Part shown: in pieces, positions 50,601-62,950 of the stretch | How positions within the stretch are numbered: position 1 is the stretch's first letter | Layout: the number at the start of each line of letters is the position of its first letter | Assembly (NCBI RefSeq): GCF_004010195.1 | Contig: NC_057720.1 | Location: forward strand, 32,060,590-32,124,589 | From: Chiloscyllium plagiosum | Taxonomy: Eukaryota | Direction of reading: 5' to 3' | DNA: 64,000 bases | Made by a program: the position numbers and the translations under genes | The notes under the pieces: model-generated | Told to the model about the DNA's origin: nothing | What the model saw: only the letters and a program-made list of their open reading frames with translations | Database searches by the model: none

Positions 50601-50969
50601 ATTGAAGTACAAAAGGTTATTGAATAATTATTTGGATAAAACATAGTGTGCACGTGTGCAGTGGTGATGGTGGTGGTGGTGGTGGGGGATGTTGTGGGGA
50701 GTTTAGGAGGCTGGCGCTGTGACAATGCTCTCTTGAAGAGCCAGTACAATAGACTGAATGATCTCCTCTGTGCCATAACATTTCTGTGATTCTATGAGCA
50801 TGAATGTTGTCCTTTTTAAAAAAAAATGAAAAAGGAACAAAGAACAATACAGCACAGGAATAGTTCCCCCCTTTAGAATTACAATCCCCATTTTATATTG
50901 ACTTTTAGTGTTCTTCCTATCATGTAGTACCTCGCACTTCTTTACATTGATTTTCATCTGTCATTTAGA

Positions 50970-52770
50970 CAATAAGACCATAAGACGTAGGAGTAGAAGT
51001 AAGGCCATTCGGCCATTTAATCATGGCTGATGGGCATTTCAACTCCACATACCCACACTCTCCCCATAGCCCTTAATTCCTTGTGAGATCAAGAATTTAT
51101 CAGTTTTTAGATTCATAGAGTCATAGAGATGTACAGCATGGAAACAGACTCTTCGGTCCAACCCATCCATGCCGACCAGATATCCCAACCCAATCTAGTC
51201 CCACCTGCCAGCGCCCGGCCCATATCCCTCCAAACCCTTCCTATTCATATACCCATCCAAATGCCTCTTAAATGTTGCAATTGTAGCAGCCTCCACCACA
51301 TCCTTTGGCAGCTCATTCCATACACATACCATCCTCTGCGTGAAAACGTTGCCCCTTAGGTCTCTTTTATATCTTTCCCCTCTCACCCTAAACCTATGCC
51401 CTCTAGTTCTTGACTCCCCGACCCCAGGGAAAAGTCTTTTAATGTCCCAGCTTCCACTGTGCTCTGTGGCATTGAATTCCACAGACCCATCACAATCTGG
51501 CTGAAGAAATGTCTCCTCATTTCCATTCTAAATTGACCCCCTATAATTCTAAGGCTGTGTCCATGGGTCCTAGTCTCCCTGCCTAACAGAAGCAAATTCC
51601 CACCATTCCACCCTTTCTAAGTCATGTATTATCTTGTAAGTTTCTATTAGATTTCCCCTCAACCTTCTAAACTCTAATGAATACAAACCCTGGATCTTCA
51701 GCTGTCCATCGTATGTTAGGTCTACCATTCCAGGGATCTTCTGTATGAATCTCCAGTATGTCCTTCCTGAGGTGTGGGGCCCAAAATTGGACATAGTATT
51801 CTAAATGGGACCTAACTAGAGCATTATAAAGTCTCAGAAGCACATCACTGCTTTTAAATTCCAACCCTTTTGAGATAAATAACAACATTACATTTGCTTT
51901 CTTAATCACAGACTCAACTTGTAAGTTAACCTTTAGAGAATCCTGTACTAGCACTCCCAGATCCCTTTGTACTTTGGCTTTATGAATTTTCTCACTATTT
52001 AGAAAATAGCCCATGCCTGCATTCCTTTTTCCAAAGTGCAAGATCTTGCATTTACTCACGTTGAATTTCATCAGCCATTTCCTGGACCACTCTCCTAAAC
52101 TGTCTAAATGGTTCTGCAGCCTTACCACCTCCTCAGTACTACCTTCCTGATTACCTAACTTCGTATCATTGGCAAACTTCACCAGAATGCCCCCATACCT
52201 TCATCCAGATCATTAATATATAAAGTGAACAGCTGTGGCCCCAATACTGAACCCCATGGGATGCCGCTTACCACCAGCTGCTGTTCTGAAAAAGAACTTT
52301 TTATCCGAACTCTCTGCCTTCTGTCAGACAGCCAATCCTCAATCCATGCCAGTCGCTTACCTTGAACACCATGAACCCTCATCTTACTCAGCACCTTATC
52401 AAAGGCCTTTTGGAAGTCTAGATAGATAACATCAACTGGGTTTCCCTGGTCTAACCTACTTGTTACCTCTTCAAAGAATTCTAACAGGTTTGTCAGGCAT
52501 GACCTCCCCTTACTAAATCCATGCTGACTTGTTCTAATCTGACACTTCCAAGAATTTAGAAATCTCATCCTTAATGATAGATTCTAGAATTTTACCAACA
52601 ACCAAGGTTATGCTAATTGGCCTATAATTTTCCATCTTTTGTCTGGATCCTTTCTTGAACAAGGGGGTTACAACAGCGATTTTCCAATCATCTGGGACTT
52701 TCCCTGACTCCAGTGAGTTTTGAAAGATCACAACCAATGCCTCCGCTATTTCCTCAGCCACCTCCCTCAG
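50970..52770 (-). mobile_element. 5'-truncated CR1 (same subfamily as 17620-22022) with a nested HER1-type 3' fragment at about 51108-51437
   Basis: ORFs 52534..52761, 52179..52568 and 51667..52182 give continuous RT motifs. Confidence 0.9.
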
Positions 52771-52779
52771 AAATCTATG

Positions 52780-53430
52780 CTCCTACTCAACCAATTGTCA
52801 ATGTCCTTTTGGAATTCCATACTATCTTCCTCACAGCTCATAACTGTTCCAAGTTTCATGTCTTCTGAAACCTTTGAAAGTGTCCCCTGCACACCAAGAT
52901 CCAGAATATATATTAATATATACGTAAAAAACAAGGGCTCAACTCCCAGAGAACTCCATTACAAACCTTCGTACAGCCCACAAAATATACATTGACCAGT
53001 AGTCTCTGTTTCCTATCACTCCACAATTGTGTATCCATGTTGATCCTCCCTTTTATACCATGACCCAGAACTTTCCTCAAAAGTATGACACAGTGTCAAA
53101 TGCTTTCTGGAAATTCATGGATACCATATCAGGAGCATTACACTCATCAAGCCTGTTATCTTTTCAAAACACTCGAGCAAATGAATAAAACATGACTTCC
53201 CTTTTAGAAATCCATGCTGATTCTTCCTAATTGCTCCACTTTTTTCCAATTGACTGCTAATTCTATCCTGAATAATTATTTCTAGAAACTTTCCCACTAC
53301 CAAACTGAAACTGAGTGGTCTGCAATCGCTGGAATTATCCTTACAACCTTTCTTGAACATTGCCACAATGTGTACAATTCTGCAGGCTTCTGACACCTCC
53401 CAAGCCTCAGGAAGACTGAAAGATTAATGT
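52780..53430 (-). mobile_element. Older CR1 RT fragment
   Basis: FKKGCKDN...QHGFLKGKSC. Confidence 0.7.
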
Positions 53431-55261
53431 AGATCAATAAACATAATTTGAATTTTAATTTGCATGAATTAATCAGCATGATGACATTGCTTCACTCTGC
53501 TCAGCTTTCAGTTAAAGCTTTGAAAGATGTATTTGTTATGAGTTGGGTCAAATTGGGTACTGCAAGTATTCTAAGAACATAAAGGTAAATCTGTCATCAG
53601 GGAGATGTGATTTTCCAAAAAGCACAATGTAAACCCCTGATGAATAAAATCCAAATACTATATACCAAAATTCTCTTGAGTGAGTTGAATCCTACTTCAC
53701 TGGAGTTGGGCAAAATACTTTTATTGTAAAACAGATGAAATTCAAATAAACCAAAAATCAAAACAATTTTCTTCATGGTTGTTTTATAACTGAAAATTAA
53801 TTTCCTGTTCGCCAAACATATTTATGAGGAATCCATTTCATAAGTTTAGAAATTGCAGAGACTGCTACTCATAGGTTGAATGTAGATCAAAATTTCGGAA
53901 AGAGCTCATTCCTAATTAACCTCTGATTCTGCATGTTGTAGTGCTAGAAGTCAAATGGTAGATGGTAACATGGTTAGGCAGGTGGCCTTTAAACCCATCA
54001 GGGGCTGGCAGTCTCAGAGTATACTCACTGATTTTGCTGCACATTGACGGTGCTTGAGCTTGACAATTTTATTCAAGAAGCAAGGATAGGTATGTAGTTA
54101 TGCATGGTAATTGAAGAGCACCTTCCTAAGATAGTTTAGGTGCAAATGGTAGACAGTATACCCTTTCAGGTATAAGAGTACTTATAAGCAGGGATGAAGA
54201 CAGTAAATCTAGTTTAACCATCCTTCTAGTGTCCCTTCACCTTCAAATCAAATGACCTAATCAGAGGGATGACTGTGTGAAAAAAATTGGTGCTACCAGA
54301 TTACGAGGTGTTGGTTTGTATTTTACAGTCCTGATGGACAGAGAAAAACTATAGTTGAGGTTGAACCTTTTTCAGGAAATGAAGGTCACTGTGTTATGGA
54401 TAGGGGTCCAAAGCCACTGTCTTAATCAGTGGGAAGCTCTGGAAAATAGAAAAGGGGAATAGGGTTAACCCTACAGAATAAAACCTCAGTCACCGCTCTA
54501 ATTATTTATGAACAATAATATATCTGATACTGGTCATGCCCCTTTGTTAATCTAGAAGGAGCCTAAGGCATTTTTAAAAAAGGCACTAGTAACCATAGTA
54601 ACCATTACCATTCTTATATGTAGAGTTACCTTCAAGCTCTCCAGTATTACCTGCCTCTTGGCCCCCACTCCTTCCCAAGGAGTCTCAGCTTCCAAGGTAA
54701 CCTTCCTCAGATATTACAATAAATCCAAAATACTGTAGATACTTGAAAATGTGAAATAAAAAACAGAAAATGCTGGAAATACCAGTCTCTACGGAGAGAC
54801 AAGGTTTCAAGTCAAGAATGACTCCAAGAGTCTTCAGATATTGCCAGGCAGCTATCCCTTGGTCTGGTGGTATATGAGCTGATCCAAACATGGTTCCTCG
54901 TAAAATCTCCAATAGCCTCTCGCTCTGCAGCTTCTTGTTGTCTATGCCAAGTGGTAGGAATGCACTGAAAGTCATTGTCATTGTGGCAAAACTCTTGTCA
55001 TCAGAAACTTAATGAAACAGCAATTTCAAGCAGAAGTTTGGCAGATAAGAACTTTGCACAGCTGCTACAGTTGTTTCAAACAGACTGTATGAATGATGTA
55101 GTAATATAATTAATGCAGCAAAAGCTAAGCACATGAGGCTCAAGCCATGGATTTAGTGAAGAAGCACACATCATTTCCATTGTAATTTCAAACCAAGTGG
55201 CTGTAAGCAAATGCCACGTGGCATTTCCCCATTTTAAATTGTGTTTTTATACATTATACAG

Positions 55262-55339
55262 CGCAACAAGATGAGTCCAAATCGGTTCACTCCAACCACC
55301 CAGAAGAATCTTTTCCAGACATGTCCTTACGGCAAAAGG
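55262..55339 (+). CDS. LRR gene exon (RNKMSPNRFTPTTQKNLFQTCPYGKR)
   Basis: Acceptor ttatacag, donor gtaaat, phase 0 to 0, open frame. Confidence 0.75.
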
Positions 55340-56582
55340 GTAAATGCATTGTTACATAGAAAATGAAATAAGTGAATGTAATAAACGTTGTTTAAAAAAA
55401 CTGCCAAAATATGGAATGCACAGTGTACACTGAGGTCTCTCTATAGAATATTAATGCATAAACTTTTCTGCTGATGACTCAAGGCGCCCTTTGCTTCTCC
55501 AGATATATTTTATAATTGATTCAACATATTATTTGACTCTTTTAAGGACTGTTACAGAAAACTGACAGCCGTCAAAAAGTAGCTGGTGGTTGATCTGCTT
55601 GTTCATTGAGAACCCTGCCACATTTGGATGCATAATGCTCACCAAACTGTATAGGCATTGACTTTATGCTGTATGAGGGGTTTACAAGGTTCATTGAGCT
55701 GCTCTTTTGTTGGATTGGGGGATGGGAAGTCAGAAGTGGGTGAAGCAGGGTGCATGACTGTATTTCCTGGCATATGATTTTATTGCGGGTTGGTGTTGTT
55801 ACTGTGTCTAAGTGCTCTGATTTTCCAGTAAGTGGTAGGCAAGATTTCACTTTGGTAGGTGGGGAGTGGAGATCCTGTGGAGTGGGTTTTGTTCCTAATT
55901 CTTTCGCTGCAGTAGTTTCACAGCAGAGGCTGAAAATGTATGTGGCTTTCATTCAGTTATTCATTTTTAGATGCAAGCAGAAGAAAGCTGGGCTATGTCA
56001 GAGTGATTGTGGTAGTAAAAATAATGAAATGCTTATAGAGGTTCATGTTTCTTGAAATGACTGAGGACTTTTTTACTACTTTAACTGTTTTTGACAGAGA
56101 TAGATAACAATAAGGCAGAACTTGATGGGCGTCTTACTGGCTGGAGAACTAGCAAGAGCTCCATGTCACCTCTTTTCTGAAAAGTCTGCTGCAATAAGCA
56201 CTCAACCAGGTAGCAGTGGGCCTTATCCTTGCAATCAAGGGCATCACAGGAATGGGGAGGTAGGGGAGAGGGCAAAACCCCCTGCACTGGCAGCTCTTCA
56301 TGGATTGGAAGCACTATCAAACAAGCTTTGGGTGCTCCTGGTAACACACAAAATCGAAGCCCAAGATCACCAAGATCTTGGGACTGCAGGTGGGTGGCAT
56401 GTGTTAGGGTTTATGGGGAGTTAGGTTGGAGCAAAGGAAGAGTGGTTACTTTCAGTGCACCCCATGCAGGCATAACTTGTAACCCAGTTTAAAAAATTGC
56501 ATCATTATAAAATGTCTTAGTATCGAGGCAGTTGCCATAAAAACTTTTCACGGACTTGAAATGGAATAACTATTATTTTATT

Positions 56583-56834
56583 CTGGAGTAGTGGTGCTGG
56601 AAGAGCACAGCAGTTCAGGCAGCATCCGAGGAGCAGTAAAATCGACGTTTCGGGCAAAAGCCCTTCATCAGGAATACTGTATTGAAAAGGTAGAATACTG
56701 TATTCCTGATGAGGGGCTTTTGCCTGAAACGTCGATTTTACTGTTCTTCGGATGCTGCCTGAACTGCTGTGCTCTTCCAGCACCACTAATTCTGAATCTG
56801 GTTTCCAGCATCTGCAGTCATTGTTTTTACCCTG
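56583..56834. mobile_element. Penelope-like foldback element with two opposed hammerhead cores (family C)
   Basis: Cores at 56644-56671 (-) and 56706-56733 (+); 12-bp TSD tattattttatt at 56571-56582 and 56835-56846. Confidence 0.85.
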
Positions 56835-57263
56835 TATTATTTTATTGCATATTAGATTCAGAACAGAAGACAATAGATGAGCAAGGCTGGGAAGCAACAT
56901 GAAAGAATACTGTTGGCCAACTTAAGTGAGGTAGCAAGGGTTTTTATCAGTGTGTCAGAAGTAAAGGACTGTCATTGGGGTTTTGAGGTCCCTTAGATGT
57001 GAAGGAACCATCCTCTACTTGAAAGCACTTTCACTTGCTTTAAGATTCAAAAGATTCTTCTTTTCCATTGAAAAGGTAGAATAATTTACTTGTGGAAGAA
57101 AATGCTTTTCACTGGCCTGCTTTTACTTTTAAGAAGACTATCATATCACTGGGTGATAATGGCTGTTTGAGCTCAGGTTATAATTGTTCATGTTTCAGTG
57201 ACCATGTGCTGCTCCTTGTAACCATGAAAGATATTTGCTAATGTGTATGCCTCTTTTTAACAG

Positions 57264-57312
57264 ACTCTTCACTTAATGAAACAGTTTCCTTTGAATGAAC
57301 AGTTAAATTCAG
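57264..57312 (+). CDS. LRR gene exon (TLHLMKQFPLNEQLNS)
   Basis: Acceptor ctttttaacag, donor CAG|gtaggg, phase 0 to 1. Confidence 0.75.
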
Positions 57313-57859
57313 GTAGGGCATACTTTTAACTCTTGAACTTCCATATTTTAGAAGGTTAAAAATGCTCTGTATCTTTCTTTATTTCTTTTCCCCTGTTCTC
57401 CAAAAAATAGCTTGTGCCCATCTATTTCAGTACAGACAGACTCTGAAAAGATCTCAACAAAAATCCTCTCAGTTCAAAGGGAGCTTGCCTCCAAACAGTG
57501 TCTAAACACTCTCTTTCAGAGTACTGGACAACATTTGCCAAGAATTAATTCAGTCTGTTTTTCTCTTTAAAATTTCAGAGATGTTGATCTCAGCAGCACA
57601 CTCTCAATCCAAGTAGTCCGTTCTCCCAAAATATTTCCCTGTTAGTTCTTTCACTCTCAATAGTGTACCAACTCCTGTCACACTCCTATCAGTCTAGAAA
57701 ATCAACACCCAATTTCTCCACAACTACTTGCATTATTGACTGGCAGGACATTGTGCTTCACACATCAGTTTTCAAAATGGGATCATTTGCATGATGAGTG
57801 GCCCACAGCCTACTTATGAAATATTTGAACCACAAATATCATAGTGAAAAAAACAGCAG

Positions 57860-58297
57860 GGGAAGATCAGAAGCAGCAGCTTCAGCAGCAGCAGCAATGG
57901 CATTGTGGTACGATGCAGGAAGAGCAAGCAGTGAGGGAGGTCCCCTGGTATCTGCAGTGGCAGTGAGAACAGGCAGCTGAGGTCTCCTGGAGAGCAAGCC
58001 AAGTGGAGGAGCTTGGGGCCCCAGCAGCAATCACTCATCAATGACTGTTGAACTTCTAACTTTATTCCTTTTTTTTAGCTTATATTAAGCTTTAATGTTA
58101 ACTCTTACCTTCTTCATTTATTTTCTGTTGTTTCTATGAAGGTCTGTAACGCTCAACTTTTTAAATTTGGACCTGAATTTTCTGTACCTAGCTATTTTCA
58201 TACATAACATGATGCTGTGTGTAGCGACATTAGACACTTTTAACTATACTCTTGTACTTGAATGCATGTGACAATAAACTCTAAATCTAAATCTAAA
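57860..58297 (+). mobile_element. Non-LTR repeat 3' portion ending gtgacaataaa(tctaaa)n; related minus-strand pieces near 42850-43050 and 33570-33880
   Basis: Microsatellite tail and similarity between copies. Confidence 0.5.
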
Positions 58298-59003
58298 TTT
58301 AGGAATGACTTCTATAAGGGAATTGTAGTTTGAGTTCGACTAAAATTGTTCAATTCACAACTTTTGTTTGGAATTTTGTGACTATGGAGTGGAACATTCT
58401 TCATTTTAAATAGTACTATTGATGCTTCAGAAATTTTTCACACTTATTGAATTAACTATAGGCGTCACTGTCGGTCTGCTAGAAACTGGTTTGCAACGTA
58501 CAATTATAACATGCTGTTATTGTCAGGCAACCTATCAACAGTTGGATAAAGCTTGTTGTAAAAATTTGCATGTTGCTAGATACTGTGTGATTTTTTTTCA
58601 CATGAGTTAATACAGTTATTGCAACTATTGCTTGTTGTTACAAAATGCAAATTAAGGCTCCAGCATTGCAATTAAAATGAAGTGCTGCAGAAACTCAGCA
58701 GAAGTGACATCATCTGTGGAGAGTGGGTTAGTGTTTCATCAAAAGTCTTTTGGTGTTTCAAAGGAGAACCATATTGTACTTGAAACACTAACTCTATTTC
58801 TGTTTCAACAGATGTGGAGTTTCCCCAGCACTTTCTGATGTTCTTTCAGATTTCCATTGTCTGCAGTATTTTGTTTTGCTCCACCATTTAAATTGATGCA
58901 CAATATCAGTTATGGATCTGGAGCTAATATTGGACAACGAGGCATTGCAACAAAGTTCAAGAAATAGATCCAGATAAATTAACCATTTTTATTCTTATCA
59001 CAG

Positions 59004-59087
59004 ACTCTGATCATCGGAGAATAAAATACCTCGCCTACAACCTTCAGACAGATCTTACAATAGGAATGAAGTATACTAGCAGGTTAT
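59004..59087 (+). CDS. LRR gene exon (DSDHRRIKYLAYNLQTDLTIGMKYTSR(L)); donor at 59082 or 59087
   Basis: Acceptor ttcttatcacag, phase 1 start, open frame; two possible GT donors. Confidence 0.7.
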
Positions 59088-59134
59088 GTATGGTTAAAAT
59101 TAGATATTTGCAATAAGATAGATAAAATGATACA

Positions 59135-59457
59135 GAATCCCTACAGTGTGGAAACAGCCCCTTTGGCCCAACAAGTCCATATTGACCCTCCGAAGAGTAA
59201 CCCACCCAGACCCATTCCCCTACATTTATCCCAGACCAATACACCTAACGCACACATCCCTGTACACTATGGGCAATTTAACATGGCCAATTCACCTAAC
59301 CTGCTTTGGATTGTAGGAAGAAACCAGGGCACCCAGAGAAAACCCACGCAGACACAGGGAGTATGTGCAAACTCCACAAAGGCAGTCACCCAAGGTAGGA
59401 ATTGAACTCAGGTCCCTGGCACTGTGAGGCAACAGTGGTAACTACTGTGCCACCCCA
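59135..59457 (-). mobile_element. HE1-type V-SINE
   Basis: Same SINE structure. Confidence 0.85.
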
Positions 59458-62400
59458 TGTTGCAGTCTATTTGATTTAACTATCACCTTTTAATTTTGGA
59501 CCTGAATTTAAGTGCACTCTAAAGTTAATTGGTGAAAAATTTCAACCAGCCAGAAGGAAGATACCAAATTTGATATGAATTTGAGGGTAACCTGATCCCT
59601 GTTCCTGTTGAGGTTAGTATAAATCTGCCCACTATTTGATGTCAACCACATTAACTTTACAGTCTTGTACAGAGGGACCACTAATATTAGTTCTGAGCAG
59701 CAGGTGTATTTTGCTGAAATTTGAGGATTTTTGAAACCTCTTGGGTATTAGAGAAAAAGATCCTTTCTACAGGTATCTCTTGGAGTGGTCAAAGCTGGTT
59801 CTGGACTCAATAAGTAGGGGAAAGATTTTGTTTGTTATCAATGACTGTTTAACTTTAATGAGCATAAAATCACACCAAACGTTTTTCCATTGAAGCTGCT
59901 ATGGGATGAAGCTGAGATATATTTATTGCACAACTAAATATATTGGCATGTCCTGGGTAAAGATTTACCATTCATAGTAAAAACATTTGAGTGAGCAGAG
60001 GTTTCCCTTTAAACGATGGTAACACTGTTCAACATTGTAACATAAAGAAGAAAGTTGAGCATCTAACTAGGCCCAGAAATCTTAGACTTGAGAAACTATC
60101 CAATAATCTAACCTATAGTTGGTATTCCAATCCAACATTGCAGAAAAGAAATCTCAGCCATCCAGGTTAGAATGGGTGTTAAGGTATTAAAAATAAAAAT
60201 TTGTGCAGTACTGATATTGTACCTCTAGACGTCGCTTATCCACTTAGTAAATATAATACATAGTCATGTTATAGCTACAAATCTGGAGAGTGAAAACACA
60301 ATAAGTTCACCTGCTTGATTCCCTGAACACAAAATTGCCCTCTTGAATATGAGTTAAATGGAAGTTTTGAATCTTAAACCCATCAAGTTCCATTTAGAAC
60401 TTGTTTCAATATTTAGCACAACCACGTTAATCAGTATGTGTCTAAGCATCATGTCCTCTTAAGTATAAAAAAACCCACCCCTTTTCAAATACGTGTTGCA
60501 ACTTCATACAAAGTAAGATGTTAATTCTTTCAAGGCTAGCAAGAAGAATTCATTGTAACAGTACATACGAAGTAAAATGCAAATACAAAGTTTGGATTTC
60601 AGTGATTATTTAAGCAGCTAACATTAGAAATAAAAAAATGAAAAATACAAATGAAGGTAGAAGACTAGATGGCCAGAGAGTTCGAAGACCATGAAGAACA
60701 CTACATTTATTAATCAAAGGCTTTAGTTAAAATGATAGCAAAGCAATAATTTGGTTTCTTAACTTTTGAATTTACACAGAGCTATGAACAGTCATCTCTG
60801 CTGCAGCACTCAAACATTGTTAAGCCTTTAAAGTCTGAGGAAAATCTCTGCTTCTGATTGTGGCTAAAGTTTCACTCGTGGCCTAGAGCTCTGTCACAGC
60901 AGCAACAAAAGCAGGCCCTGGTCCTTTGTCAGGGACATGATTTATTTCTGGAGCCAGGAGCGTGTTTTGTAAAGCCTTCTATTCTGCAGCACACAATGTG
61001 CAGCCACTGAATTTTAATAGTATGGCTTGAAGACAGACATGTTTTCAAAAGGAGTGAGTCTTTGGATCCCTCTGAATCCCAGCCTAGATGAGTGACAGAG
61101 TTTATACAGGGGGATGACTAGCACACGGTCTGGTAGACCTTTTATTCTGCCTGAAAGAATATTTACAGAAAGTTTTGCAAGCTTGTTGAATTTTTTTCTC
61201 TTTCACCCCTCCCCACACTGTGTTTAAGCCCTCTCCATAAATGGCTTTATTTTCTTTCATTGTCAATGTTTTCTTGACTGAGATTCAATCAGAAGGAAGA
61301 TTACAGGGTTTTTTTGGGGGTCTCAGTCGCAACTTAAATCAAATGTATGTTGCTAAGGAGGGGCACTAATTTCTTGGAAACTTTTACCTACAGACTCCAA
61401 GATTCAAATTTCACATTTGCAACCCTGTTGAGCTGCTGTATTCTCTATTCCAAAGATTACATAGGGAGTTATTACCATCAATATCTCTCTTCAAAATTAA
61501 GTATGTACAGGAAGTTGGTGATATAGCATGTCAGCACAATACTCTTCCATCCTCAGTATTTGATTTTCAATCTTATCCAGACTGATGGGATGAAAGTCTT
61601 TTTTTAGCTGTTAAAGATGCTATTTGTTTTTGGATAGTTCCCAACCTAATGCTTAGATTTGCAACCAATGCACACTAAGCATCATTTTTGGTATTAATTA
61701 GCACTAGATTGGAAGTCTCACTTGCAGAAGCTTCTTGACTCCCGAGTATGGGATTTGGAAACATCGTATTGATGCAGGATGCACAAGAATGATGCCAAGT
61801 CTGGTTGAAGCAGACGAAGAGAAAGTAATCACTCTGTATCTAACTCTTATTATAGCTGACACAGAGATAATAACTGATGGGCCGTACTTTGAAAAACACA
61901 AAAATCACAAAATAAAACACTGGCGCATGAAGTTGCCACCTGGAGTCTCCTGGTCTCCTGCTGTAGCTTCTCCAGAGATGATGAAGTGTCCAAATTAATA
62001 GCATAAACAGCTGAAAATTGTCACAGGTTTTTTTTTTGCTGAGGTAGAGGGGAGGGGGCTTGGTGGTGGCAGAGAGGATATTGTCAGTCTGCTATTGAAG
62101 ATACATGGAATGACAAAAAAAAACTGATTTCCAGAGGCCAAAAGAATAAAAGCATTGTGTTCATTTTTGTACCATGTTTTAATTCTCCAGCTCAAATCTG
62201 TTAATTGCTGGAGTGACTGTTAGCATGGAAAATTACTAAACCAATTATGACAGTATATTACTGAAAGAGATATCTACATCTGGATCCCTACCTTAAAAGT
62301 AAATCATAAATCACTAACTTTAACATATCTTTGCTTGCTTCTGTTGATTTGAAACAAAATGATTTCTATATAAGTAAGAACTGAAACCAGTTGTAAATTT

Positions 62401-62613
62401 AGTTCAAGAAAGATATAATATTGGGGCCTGGTGGCAGCACCTTTCAAAAAAAACCTTCTGATCATTCCCCTCTAGAAGCTGGATTTGATGTTAGCCCAAA
62501 GAGATGCAATGCAAGTCTGGTACTTTACTGGCTACAATGTCTGAAGTGAAATGTGTGTGGACTATTCTCAATTCATTTTGGAGAGGTCTGAAAACAGAAA
62601 ACAGCGTACAATA

Positions 62614-62950
62614 GGGTGTCACAATGGCTCAGTGGTTAGCACTGCTGCCTCATAGTGCCAGGGATAGGTTCGATTCCTCCCTCAGGCGAATGTCTGTGTG
62701 GAGTGTGCATGTTCTCCTCATGTCTACATGTTTCCTATGGGTGCTCTGGTTTCCTCCCACAGTCCAGAGAAGTATAGGGTTAAGTGGATTGGCCATGCTC
62801 AACTGCCCATAGTGTCTGGGGATGTGCAGGCTAGGTGGATTGGTCATGGGAAATGCAGGGTCACAGGGATTGGGTGGGATGCTCTTTGGAGGGTCAGAGT
62901 AGACTTACTGGGGCTGAATAGCCTGTTTTCACGCTGTAGGAATTCTTATG
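62614..62950 (+). mobile_element. HE1-type V-SINE (older)
   Basis: tRNA-like head and V-domain. Confidence 0.85.

Noticed and set aside
56122..56424. 100-aa ORF or possible second Harbinger fragment
   Set aside because: No convincing motifs; too decayed to call
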